A stretch of DNA of 63,090 bases, filler included, from Craspedostauros australis (lineage: Eukaryota), in assembly GCA_030167865.1 (NCBI GenBank). It is 17 parts of 17 records of this genome, joined end to end, with 100 filler letters (N's around TTAATTAATTAA, not from the genome) between each part and the next. Parts side by side here need not be neighbours in the genome. Positions count along the whole stretch, not along the records: positions 48,523 to 52,043 come from JALAGF010000297.1; positions 52,144 to 53,582 come from JALAGF010000298.1; positions 53,683 to 58,706 come from JALAGF010000299.1; positions 58,807 to 60,779 come from JALAGF010000303.1; 13 more parts are not named here. The stretch is one strand, 5' to 3'. Position numbers and translations under genes: made by a program. The notes beneath the pieces are model-generated. The model was not told the DNA's origin. It searched no databases and saw only the letters and a list, made by a program, of their open reading frames with translations. This document shows, in pieces, positions 48,523-60,179 of the stretch (positions within the stretch are counted from its first letter, which is position 1; the number at the start of each line of letters is the position of its first letter).

Positions 48523-51098
48523 AGCTCCACAGGATGATGATGAAGACCCGCATCCTCAAGGGCGCCGGCACAGATACGAAGACCAACAAGGGCAACAATA
48601 ACAACCAAGTGCCACCCATCGAAAACCCAGCTGGCGCAGAAACAACCGCGCCAACCGCATTGCCTACTGGGCCGCCGACAGGGTTGATTTCGGAGATGCC
48701 CTCGATGACGCCTGTCACTCCGCCAACTGCTTCGCCGACCTCTCAACCAACTCTCCTGCCAACATCCAAGCCAACAGCGCCTCCATCCGGCTTTGATTCC
48801 ACCATCGAGGTCATTTGCAAGCCGGATGGCAAAACCGCCCTCACAACAGAAGAGAGAAACGCCAAGACCATCATCTGCGATGCGAACAAGCCATCCTGCC
48901 GCGAAGCCATCAGCGCCGTCAAAGAATCCCAGCAGCTGCAGAACTTCTTCGGATGTGCAGGAGACCTCGGTGAAGGAGCTGCACGCAAGCTCTTCAACCA
49001 GTACGCGTCGCATGACGGGCTTGCTGGGCAGTTGACGTTGGCCGCTGCCACCAACGTAATCCTCATCACCGAGCGAGCGGATGCAATGGAGGAGGCGTGC
49101 ATGACCATCGGAATGGCCCAGTCACCTCCCGTCGCAGACCCATGCTGCCAAGGACCCTCGGGATGCACCTCAGTCACCGGATCCGCCTCCAACTCTCCTC
49201 CATTCATGACCGTTGCGATCACTGCATGCATCGGTGACAGCGCATGCAAGGACATGGGTCCCAATCCCCTCATCCTCGATTCCTCCTGCACTGGCGCAAG
49301 TGCATGTGAGTTGATGAATGAGAATGGGATCAATCCCTTCATCGTGGGAGTCACCTTCGTCGGTGAGATGGCATGCACCACCCCTCAATCTTGTGAGGGA
49401 GTGGGACGTCGTTCTCATGGTGATGTCACCATCCAGACAGGCGCATGCATCGGATCCGACGCGTGCAATGCAGCTGGACGCCGCGTCGTGCAGAAGTCGC
49501 CATCATCTCGCTTCCGCAGCCACATCGACATTGGCCCAAGTGCATGTGTTGGCAGCAATGCCTGCAAGGATGCCCATTCCACTGTCAACTATGGCACTGC
49601 TGGCAAGCTGGCAGGCAGCCTGACCATTGGTGCTGGTGGCTGTGCCGCCGATGGGTCATGCGAGAAGATGGGCTTCAATGACCTAATGAAGACGGACATC
49701 ATCGTTCCTCCTGGTGGATGCGGCGACACTGAAGGCTGCAGGGGATGCATGACGAAGACGGAGTGCGACTCCGACGAAGTCTACATCATCAGCGATATCG
49801 ATGGGGCCTGTCCAAAGGGAGACAGCAGCTCTGGGGGCAATCCTACTGGCGACAAAGTGGAGGAGTACTGTATTGGCAAGGACACATTGCCCACAGACTG
49901 TCCGACTTTTTCTCCCACTCCTTTCCCAACACCTACGACATCAGCTCCCACGTCATCTCCGACAGGTCCGACAGCAGCTCCAACACAAGTTCCCACTTCA
50001 GCCCCTACATCGGCTCCAACTTCAGCCCCTACATCAGCCCCAACTTCACCCCCAGCATTCGCCGTCGGATGTCTCGCAACACCGGGACTTGACACATCAA
50101 CGTTCAATACGGTCACTGGCGGCGTCTTTTGTGGTGATGCAACAGACACATGCATCAACTTTGTCGCTGCGGTCGACGCCCTTGGTGACAAGGGCAAGAT
50201 GATCAAGAGCATCTTTGGATGCAGTCATGAAGGAACACCCAATGTCGTGACGCAACAGGTGGCGCAGAAACGCTTTGACACCATGAAGAACGATGCGAGT
50301 GTGACGCAGGCACTGTTGGACGCAGTGGCGTCCATGAAGCTCTACACTGGGACAGGATCTGCGCTCGCTTCAGCTTGCGATGGTTCGTGCTGCGTTGGTC
50401 ACGAGGCTTGCAGCACCCACCCTTCAGCTGGTGTGATGACGGTGACTGACAATTCCTGCACTTCCAGCAGAAGTTGCAGCGTCGTGTACCCTGACACCAT
50501 CATAATTGACAGTTGCAGAGGATCAGGCCGACCTTGCGAGGCGCTTGCTTGGTTTACCCCAACGCAGCCTGCCGCTGGTGTTGATGTTGGATACAGGGTG
50601 ATTGAACCGCAAGCTTGCCTCGGTTTCCGAGCGTGCTTATCCACGGCAACGAACATTTTTGGCAATGTACGAGTCGAAAAGGGAGGGTGCACTGGAGGGG
50701 ATAATGCGTGCAGCGGTGGTGGTCGCAGAAGCAACCAAGGGACTACCACGGCACCGGTCGTGGCGAATATCTTCATCGGAAAGAACGCATGCCAAGGGAA
50801 GATAGCTTGTGGTAGTGTGCATTCTACTTCATCCAGCAATGGCAAACTTCCAGGAAGTTTGGTCATTGAAGATGGTGCATGTGCCGATGCGGAAGCGTGT
50901 TTTGGTCTCGGCGGCTCCGATATCGCAGTCAATGACATCATCGTTAGGGCAGGAGAATGTTCCGCAGCTGCTTCCGATTGTGAAAATTGTGCCCGGGGAG
51001 CACTGTGTGATTCAGCTGCAGAGACGTATGTCATCGACGACGCAGCCACAGATTGCTCTGGACCATTCCAGTCCGCCTGTGAAGTGGTCTCAGGATAG
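48523..51098 (+). CDS. Large Cys-rich extracellular protein with two duplicated modules of ACxGxxAC-type repeats and PT-rich linkers; probably 5'-truncated
   Basis: 854-aa open frame. RILKG motif near the start. Repeated CxGxxAC units. Two homologous halves separated by (PTSA)n. Confidence 0.85.
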
Positions 51099-51520
51099 AC
51101 GTAAGTCTAAAGTTAACACAAAACCACTCAGTCTGCTGTCTACGTCTATGCTGTGTGCAGTATTGCTGGTCATGTCATCCTGATCATGACTAATCGTCCA
51201 CCTTGCTACAACCAACCACAGAACGGAACGTATTGATTGTCCTTCTTTCTTCGTGGACGCCTTTGTCTGTCGTGAAACGGTATGACACAATTCGACCATG
51301 TTGCTTTCTGACACGCCAGTAGCTGTTGCGCAAACTGGAATCCTTCAAACTACAATTAGTACTCTTAAGTTGGAGAATATGCGTAGTGCTCATGTTCCCA
51401 AGTATTAAAAAATCCTATGGTTCACTCAGGCTATTACTAGAGAGTTGTATCAAAGCTCGCAGGGACCCTTCCCTCCACTGCTGCTGCAGTACCAGCATGT
51501 ACCATTCTAGTCTCTGCCAC

Positions 51521-52043
51521 CTAAAAGCCGACGCTGGTACGATGCTTGCGCTCCGACATCGTACCCTGGCGCAATGGGACGGAAGTACGTGCGTGGCGTT
51601 CGCTCTGGCGCGTGACGGGGTCCTCCAACGACATGGTTCGGGTGGGATTGTCGTTGAAGTACCGGATCTTGGTACCGGCACGCGGAGGGGGTGTGGTGGG
51701 TCGCTGGTTGGATGATTTGGACGATGTGGCGGAGGTGGAGGATGTTGTCGATTTAGAGCCGCTGGATCGTTTCTTGGCGACGCCACTCTTGGGCAGGCAT
51801 GCTTGATCCAGCGTGATGGACGGATCTCGGGAGGAGACGGATTGCAACGATGGGGGGCGTCGCATAGATTCGCCGGACACGGAACGCTTGCGACGGCTGG
51901 GGTCCTTGGAGGTTGGGCGCTTGCCGGAACGCGAAATGCGTCTGCTGGTCGATTTCGAAGTGGTGCCATGCATCACTTTGCGCCCGTCCGATTCCACCGA
52001 TCTTGCTGAGCTGCTGACATTGCTGTCGCTCATGCTATTATCG
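51521..52043 (-). CDS. 3' end of a Ser/Arg-rich low-complexity protein
   Basis: Open frame running from the contig end to a TAG, convergent with the Cys-rich gene. No domain recognised. Confidence 0.4.
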
Positions 52044-52143
52044 NNNNNNNNNNNNNNNNNNNNNNNNNNNNNNNNNNNNNNNNNNNNTTAATTAATTAAN
52101 NNNNNNNNNNNNNNNNNNNNNNNNNNNNNNNNNNNNNNNNNNN

Positions 52144-52611
52144 TCGACCAATGGGTGTGATGTGATGTGGAGCGGATACTCGTCCAGGTGCAATCGACCA
52201 ATGGGTGTGATGCGATCTGGAGCGGATACTCGTCCAGGTGGGAGAGACCGATGGGTGTGATGTGATCTGGAGCGGATTCTCGTTCAGATGCGAGAGACCG
52301 ATGGGTGTGATGTGATGTGGAGCGGATGGTCGTCCAGGTGCGAGAGACCAATGGGTGTGATGCGATCTAGAGCGGATGGTCGTCCAGGTGCAATTGACCA
52401 ATGGGTGTGATGCGATCTGATTCTCGTCCAGGTGCAATCGACCAATGGGTGTGATGCGATCTGGAGCGGATGGTCGTCCAGGTGCAATTGACCAATGGGT
52501 GTGATGCGATCTGGAGCGGATTCTCGTTCAGGTGCAACCGACCATTGGGTGTGATATGATGTGGACCGGATTCTCGTCCAGGTGCAACTGACCCATGGGT
52601 GTGATGTGATC
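52144..52611. repeat. Minisatellite, 50-bp unit, about 9.5 copies visible
   Basis: Unit approximately TCGACCAATGGGTGTGATGYGATCTGGAGCGGATNNTCGTCCAGGTGCAA. One unit is shortened by 7 bp. A partial copy lies at about 52697. Confidence 0.95.
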
Positions 52612-53682
52612 TTGACTGGATGGGCGTTCACACGCGTCTGTGGATTCGACGGCTTTTTGGCCTTCATGCATTTTGCTTGTTTGCAGATGCCAAGGTCAAT
52701 GGGTGTGATGTGGTGCTTCTGCGACGGATAAAAAAAAGAATTTGCTGAGCGTCGATGCAATGTCATAGTGCAATGGACGCAATGGATGTAATGCATGCAA
52801 TGTCGGTGTATGTGGTTGGGATGCGGATGTGATAATGATCAAGTTTTTCGATTGTTGTGGTGACGGTCCTGTGTCTGACGCTCAATCTGGACTCCGTTTG
52901 CACCACTCGCCGAGTTTTTTGCTGTTGCTGTTTGGGCCGACAGACTCGTGTTTGGATGATCACGGGAGTAGTGGTAATGTGCACCTCGCGAAAGTTTTCA
53001 AACTCAACGGATGGTTTCTGAAGTCCCTGGTCTCTGCCTGCACTGAAACCAACGGTTGTGTCTCAAGGTTTGGAGCCATTTGTTGGAATGAAATTATTAT
53101 TCCCCACACCCTCCTCCTGTCATAAAACGCCTCAACCCACGTTGACTCGCGTTTGGGAACATCGAAAGCCCGTCCACACCAGCCACTGCTGAGCCAGAAC
53201 CGAGATTTGGGTGGGGGACATTTTTTCCGTGACTCAAAATCTCTTGTGGGACTCAACGAATCGATCGAATCTCGCAACAACACTAACACCATCCAATCGA
53301 TCTAGTAATAGCATTTGGAACAAATAGAGCTGCCACACTCATTTACCCCACATTCCACTTGTACCTCAACTTCGTTCATCACAGCCAGCCCTGTGCAAGA
53401 TTCTTTGATTTGTGTTACATCTATTGAGTGACCATGTCTTTGGATCATGCTTTCGGAGGCAATGATGACTTGTGGGAGGATGATGACAGCAACGGAGGCA
53501 TGTCAGGAATCGGGTGTTCTGAAACACCATATTGCCGCACCTCCCAAGAGTAAGGAGCCGAACGTCGGGATATTCTACATTANNNNNNNNNNNNNNNNNN
53601 NNNNNNNNNNNNNNNNNNNNNNNNNNTTAATTAATTAANNNNNNNNNNNNNNNNNNNNNNNNNNNNNNNNNNNNNNNNNNNN

Positions 53683-53905
53683 TACTCTCCAACTCTCAGC
53701 TAAGCAAGCGATGAACCATGATGAACGCAAGATGGAGATGCAGACGAAAGGAGCCAAGCTAAAGGGGGTAACCTTGGGTGGCCGCTGCAAATCATGCTTG
53801 TTGTGAATTGGAATCGAAAGGAGATGAGCATGTTGTGCTCACAGTTCTAAAACGGTACAGACTGATAACAGATTAGTCTACTACTATAACCCCGGATTTC
53901 CAACA
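53683..53905. repeat. Probable LTR terminus truncating tyrosine-recombinase copy 2
   Basis: Similarity between the two recombinase copies ends exactly where TGTTGGAAATCC begins on the minus strand (..TTCCAACA at 53905). TGTTG/CAACA is a typical copia LTR end. Confidence 0.6.
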
Positions 53906-54631
53906 CTTGGTGGTCTTGTTGTAGGATGGCCACTTCATAGCCTTGCCGACTGCTGCCTTGCCTCTTGCTCCAGTTTCAAATAGGAAGAAGAGCAAAGCAA
54001 TATCCCTGCAACCAGCTGGGGTGGGTGGTGCAGCTTGTTGGAGCCTCATGATGTCTGGTGAAGTGAGGGGCTCTGATCTCTGGACATTCTGGGCTGATCT
54101 GATGTTGATTCGTTTGAGGTTGTGGTAGATGATGGAGAATGTAGATGAGCTTTCAGACAGTGCTTTGAGCCCTGTAGCTGCGTTGTGGATATTGCTTCAG
54201 GAGGGGAACCTCTTGTGGATCTCATTATAAGCCCTCCTTGCATCCTTGGCCACAATGGTGTGGAGGCTGATGGTTGGAACCCTGTAGAGAACAGCCCATG
54301 TGATGTACAGGAAAAGGCAAGCTCCCAGGTGATCTCCAGGGAACACTGCCTCCCAGGTCTCATGTAGGGTGAAGTCAATTGGCTCTCTGGCTGGGTCGTG
54401 GTCTGGCCTGTCATCTGGTTGGTCTTCATCTTCTTGACTGGTGTGAACAAAGAAAGCATCCACTAGCTTCTCCATTCTGTTCAACTCTTGTTTCTCCTTG
54501 GGTGTGAGATACATCTGAGGATTTTGCATCACTGTATTGAAGAAGTTGAGCATACCATCTGTACCTGGAAGCCTCTGGTCTGGTGGCANATCAGTGACAT
54601 CCATAGTGGCAGTGTTGTTTTGTTGTGCCAT
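53906..54631 (-). pseudogene. Tyrosine recombinase gene, copy 2 (one stop; 3'-truncated)
   Basis: Reading through TGA at 54199-54197 gives ..NLKRINIRSAQNVQRSEP..GCRDIALLFFLFETGARGKAAVGKAMKWP, colinear with copy 1. Confidence 0.8.
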
Positions 54632-54833
54632 GATGACTTCTGGATTGAAATGTGCCTGTTGGTTGCTATTGGATAGAAGCAACCTGGCTGGTTCCAGGGT
54701 AGTAGGGATGAAGGTGGATGGCTTGTTCCTGGATGGATGTAGTGGCTGGGCAAGAGCTGGGATGGCTTGATGCTGGATGGACTCAAGCTGGGATGGTCAG
54801 TGGTGCCTGTACACAAGCTGGGATGGCTTGATA

Positions 54834-55193
54834 CTGGACGGAGGCTGTCCCAAGCCTGCTTCGCGTCCCCGGTGGATGGTCGTTGTTCCATGAGTTGTTG
54901 AAGATCTCTGCGGCTACCTTTCCGGCATCAGTTGAAGTGTCGATACACATCAGCAAGAAGTTGAAGGCCTTCTTTGCCCTCTTGTAGTCCGCCTTGGTCT
55001 CTGCTGTTGATCCTGAGAGCTTCACCATCGCTGCAGTTGGGATTTCATCGATCCCAAGGTAGATGTTGTCCAGGTCCAGGGATGATGCATTCGCCATGAA
55101 GCACATCTCCCAGTAACGCCAACCATCCTGCTTTCCATCGAATAGAATCACACGGAGAGATGTTTCTCCTGTCGTAGATGCTTCAGTCGTCAT
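54834..55193 (-). mobile_element. Copia (CoDi-like) gag N-terminal fragment
   Basis: LRVILFDGKQDGWRYWEMCFMA..AFNFLLMCIDTSTDAGKVA, then after a frameshift GDAKQAWDSL. Confidence 0.75.
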
Positions 55194-55796
55194 GGTGTTG
55201 ATCTCTTGCTGTCTTGATTCGATTCTTTTCCTCCTGTTTGCTCACTGACTTGTTCAGTTGATTGCTTGCTTCTCTCTGTCTGACTGACTTGTTTTCAGTG
55301 AAGTGCCAGCTTCTCTTGGGTATTCCTCTTTCCTGTTGTCTGATCTTGCATTCAGATCAATTCGGATGTGACTCTCTCTCTCTCGTTCTGGATCTGTACT
55401 GATGTCAGTTCAGTTACAATCCCTGCTCAGCTTCCAACTGTCTTGGGCTGATCTTGTCTGTCCTGAAGTGGTTTCTTTTCTGCCACTTCGAAGTGTGTTC
55501 AGAAATCCACTTGGCGTAAATTGAGAGTCCTTGTTTCACCAAATTGTGCTTTATTTTTATTTTGTTTTGTTGTTGTTCTTGTTTGCTGTTCTCGATGGCA
55601 AATTATGAGACCAAGATTTCCATCTTGTCACACAATTTCCCATCTCCACTTTTGCATGCATACTCTACATTCATTGTTCCACTTTTACAATTCTCTTCAC
55701 CTGGTGTGCTACTGACATGCTGCTGATCTTCATTCAGTGTGCCATTAACTTGCTGCTGATCTTCATGCAGTTTCGTAGTATCTGTGATTCCCAACA

Positions 55797-55966
55797 CAGA
55801 ATCACTTGCCCCATCAACAGGAGATTGACTGTGATCCCCTGCATCGATCTCTCGCCCACAACAATCAAAGACAGACCAATTGCAACGCCCTTGCGAGCCA
55901 GAATCACTTGCCCCATCAACAGGAGATTGACTGTGAGCCACTCCATCGATCTCTCGCCCACAACAA
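55797..55966 (+). repeat. Direct repeat pair (about 68 bp conserved, 102-bp period) upstream of recombinase copy 1
   Basis: CAGAATCACTTGCCCCATCAACAGGAGATTGACTGTGA..ATCGATCTCTCGCCCACAACAA at 55797 and 55899. Confidence 0.9.
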
Positions 55967-56101
55967 GCGAAGCTGATCCTAGCTGAACCACCATTGCAAC
56001 ACACCACACTGGAACACATCACAACATATCGCAACAAGCCACACCAAGTTGTATCTCAACACAATCACAACACGGCATATCACAGCACAGTACATCACAC
56101 C

Positions 56102-57856
56102 ATGACTGACCGCAACACCAATGCCAACATGGCTGAAAAAGCCAACAATGCCAACCCAAGGGATGATGATATCATGCGTGAGTTGCTGGATGATCTCTTT
56201 CCAGACACTCACACCATGTTTGGCTTCTTCAACATGGTGAGGGTTGATCCACACATCTATCTGCGCCCCAAGGAGAAGCAAGAACTCCACAGGATGCGCC
56301 AGCTGATTGATGACTTCTTTGAGCACAACAACTGGGAAGATATTGTCTACAAAGACCATCAAGCAGACAATAATCCCAACCGGGATCCTGTGGACTTCAC
56401 CAAGCAGCAAACATGGGAGACAATGCTCCCCAATGATGCATTGGGTTCCTGTCTGGCACTCTACATCACCTGGGTGGTACTCTATCGTGTACCAACAATA
56501 AGCCTGCTGACCATCATGGCCAAGGATGCCCGGATGGCCTTCCATGAGATCACTCAACGCTTCAAGGGTTGGACCGACACCTACAACGCGGCTGCGGGCC
56601 TCAAGCAGCTTGGAAAGGACTCTGAACACTGTGCCATCGTTTACACGAACCTCAAGCGGATCTGCGTCAGGTCAGCACAGAACGTGCAATGAGCAGAGCC
56701 AATAATCCTCCCTGACATCCGGCGTCTACAGCTTGCGGCACACCCAACACCATATGGGTACTGTGACATTGCTCTTCTCTACTTCCTCTTCAAGACAGGA
56801 GCAAGAGGAAAGGCTGCAGTGAGCAAGGCAATGAAATGGCCAAAGTATGACCACAAGACCAAGCGTTACATCATCTACTTTGCCTCCCAGAAGAAGGCTG
56901 AAACAGACATGGCACCACGAGAGGCTGTACTAGCCGAGGAAGCTTCAGTGGCAATGGCAAGGTTCCTCAAAAGCCACAGAAACCAGCTTTGGAAGCATCC
57001 GGACAAACTCTTTGGAGTTGCAAGCACTGAAAGGATCAACAACATCACAAGCAATCTCTGCCTCCTTGCGGGGTATCCCAAGAGGTTCTTCTCTGCCCAC
57101 TCGCCTCGCACAGGCCGCATCAATGATGAAATGTGCAAGGCCAAGTTACACAAACTGCCAATATCCTCTGGTGATGCCAATGCTCGCATCATTGGGGACT
57201 ATACCACCACCTCCAATGCAATGCACCTCTACTTCTGCAGTCTCTCTGACAGATCTGACATGTATGTGGGTCAGATTGACGACATGTCAGAACTGACAGT
57301 TGAGCAGCTGCATCCAGAACTCAAGGGGAAGCTTCAGCCCATTGTGAGGCCTCACCTCCTCAAGTCCAGCAGCGCCATGACTGTAGAGATGCAGGAGCAT
57401 GACATCAACAATACTCCCATCCTTTCCAAAAGCCTCTGGTGGTTTGTAGATGAGGACAAGGAACATGCGGGGTACGCTGCCAACCTTTTGGCTCTCAATT
57501 GTGACAGTTGCATCACGTTTGGTGATGCAGGCTGGCATGTGGAAGTCCACACCAATCATCCGATTCTTCTCACCAGGAGGCCTCCACACTTGTGTTGTGT
57601 GAAACACCTCCATGGTTCGACGAAATTTACGGAACTGTGTGACACATTGCTCCTCTGGAAGGTGGAAGAAACGTTGAAGCCTTGCAGTGATGGGGCCACT
57701 GGGTGGATCCTTGTGTGGGGTAACACTGGCTCAAGTTTCACTCCAACATATCCAATGTCATGGTCGGAGTCACTGTCCACAACATCGGAATCATGGCTTG
57801 AAGCATCCAACATGCTCTGGACGCTGCTGTCAGTATCCTCTGCAGCATGGGGTTGA
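56102..57856 (+). pseudogene. Tyrosine recombinase gene, copy 1 (Crypton-like or DIRS-group-like), single in-frame TGA at 56690-56692
   Basis: ORFs 55994-56692 and 56819-57856 share a frame. The joined protein has DIALLYFLFKTGAR (catalytic R), SQKK, FSAHSPRTG (HxxR) and IGDY..SNAMHLY (catalytic Y), in the correct order. The true 3' end is uncertain. Confidence 0.8.
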
Positions 57857-58599
57857 AGCTGGGGTGTGCTTGAGTGCCCTCTGGTGGTTGCGACGGCGTG
57901 GACTTCTGATTCTTGCTGCATGGCTGTGACTATGCTCCTTGTTAGTTCTCTTTATGTGTTGGAGACGTTGTTGCTGTGGTTGTGGTTGTCAGAGGTGGAT
58001 GTCGTGGTGTCCATGTTGTCAAGTGGACGGAGCTTGGATCCAAGTTTTGATTGAGAGATCTGATGGGGCTGGCCATCCACTTTGTTGCATTTGCAATGTG
58101 CAAACCACACATGTTGGTGTGTACCACAAACAGAGAAAGGCAAGGGGTGAGACGTGGGTGGAATGACGATGTTGTACGCAAATGATGCTTGATCACATGG
58201 TGGTCAGAGAACAGAGACTTCAGCACACACATCGACACGGAACTACTTCAACCACATGTGCACTTACTGTGGAACAAGTTCTTTTTGACCAAACTTCGTT
58301 TGAAGTCACGTAGAGTCTGAACAATTTTTTTGGAATAATACTTGCATAGAAATGAATGGTGGAGACGCAGACGTTCTGCCTCCCAGTTCCATTTTGTTGG
58401 GTCGTCAATTAGTGCCTTCGTCAAGGCAGCCGCATCAGGCCCATCTTTGTAAAAACGGACATCAGAGCCCACCATTGTTGTGTTGTTGTGTGTGCGTTGG
58501 TGTAAGGTGTTGTGTGTTTGTGTTGTGGCTGCGTCGTGTTGTGGCTGCGTCGTGTTGTGTCACGTCGTGTTGTGTTCTGTTGCGTTTTGGTGCGTTTTG

Positions 58600-58706
58600 G
58601 TGTGTTGTGGTGCATTGTGTTATGGTGCGTCATGTTGTGGTGCGTCATGTTGTGGTGCGTCATGTTGTGGTGCGTCATGTTGTGGTGCGTCATGTTGTGG
58701 TGCGTC
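58600..58706. repeat. 15-bp tandem repeat (TGTTGTGGTGCGTCA)n running into the contig end
   Basis: About five exact units, preceded by degenerate TG-rich copies from about 58476. Confidence 0.92.
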
Positions 58707-58806
58707 NNNNNNNNNNNNNNNNNNNNNNNNNNNNNNNNNNNNNNNNNNNNTTAATTAATTAANNNNNNNNNNNNNNNNNNNNNNNNNNNNNNNNNNNNNN
58801 NNNNNN

Positions 58807-60179
58807 ACATTTTCACTTATCGGTTCATCGACATTGTGGTCGATGGAAGACCGACACAAGACACTCTTCAAGTTGGTGGACTGCTGGAGACTGTGCAAAA
58901 AAAGGTCAAAGACATTCTCCCATCCGTGACTGAAATCATCCTACAGAGCGATAACGCGTGTTGCTTCGCCAGTCANNNNNNNNNNNNNNNNNNNNNNNNN
59001 NNNNNNNNNNNNNNNNNNNNNNNNNNNNNNGCGGCCAAAATCATCGCGTGGATCTACACGGAGGCCCAAACCGGTAAGAGCATGCTGGACACCCACTTCG
59101 CGTACATCACCCGTGTGCTGCGAAAATACGTTCAAAGTGGACACGACATCAAGACCCCGCTGCAACTCTTCGAGGCACTGGTTGCCGGTAACATCGTGGG
59201 TACCACCACGGTGCTGGCCAACGCAGAGACCCTTGAAGGCAACATCACGACGTTACCAGGCGCACCAAAAAGACGATTCCGCGCAAGTGGGCAACAGGTA
59301 CGTCAGACTCACAAGGTGAAGTATGACGATGACCAGGCACGGCTGGTGGCTGCGTCTGGCATCACGGAAGACGTCGTGGTCAAGAGCGCTGAATGGGAAG
59401 NNNNNNNNNNGGTCAAGAGCGCTGAATGGGAAGAGTGGATCATCAACAAGTTGGGTGTCCTCCCTGCCGATTCGCACACGTCCGACAAGCTGCCAATCAC
59501 GTCCGAATCGTCCAGGAAGACGGACAAAACGCGAAAACTCGGGCGCACAGCGACAGAGAGCAAGGCGTTCGCGATCGGCAAAGCCCTCCAAGACGGACAA
59601 CAACATCTACCATCCGATCACACCACAGCACTACAAGACCTGACCGCGGAAACCGAACACCCACCACTCGCAGTACCAGGCTGGGCAAGCAAAACAACAC
59701 GGACCAACGCCAAACTACCAGACTACATCGCGGACAAGTTGAAGGACATCTGTGAAGCGTCCGCGAAGGACCCGAAAAACAGACCGTCCGAACACGAAGC
59801 ACACGAGAAACTGATGAAGGACGAAAAAAACCAAAACGGACTGGTACGTACAACTGCACGCAAATCCCATGCGTGTCAAAGCCTCGTTGTTTGCAGCGTA
59901 CAATGCCAAACAACGCAAGGACAAGAAGCAGGCCGCTCTCAAGGCGGAAACCAACACCAACACCAACCCAACAAGCACAGCAATAGCATCTGCAATCGTG
60001 GCGACCCACAATGCGCCAGCTGCAACAGAGGAGGAACGAAGAGAGAAGGAGTTGCAGAGAGAGGAGGAGGAGCTGGATCATCAGATGTGGTGTGATGCTG
60101 ACACACTGAAGGCCAACACAGAAAGTGAGGCTGTGTTGGATGATGGGACAGAAATTTTGTGATGGCTGTGCATCACCGC
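58807..60179 (+). mobile_element. Sola-like transposase, diverged copy 2
   Basis: QSDNACCF and YTEAQTGKSMLDTHF intact. Colinear with copy 1. Frameshift in the A-run at about 59825. Interrupted at about 60180. Confidence 0.65.

Noticed and set aside
52144..52611. CRISPR-like array
   Set aside because: Units are contiguous with no unique spacers, there are no cas genes, and the context is eukaryotic.
56690..56692. Programmed stop-codon readthrough in the recombinase
   Set aside because: Copy 2 has Arg here and its own stop elsewhere, so independent nonsense mutations explain it better.
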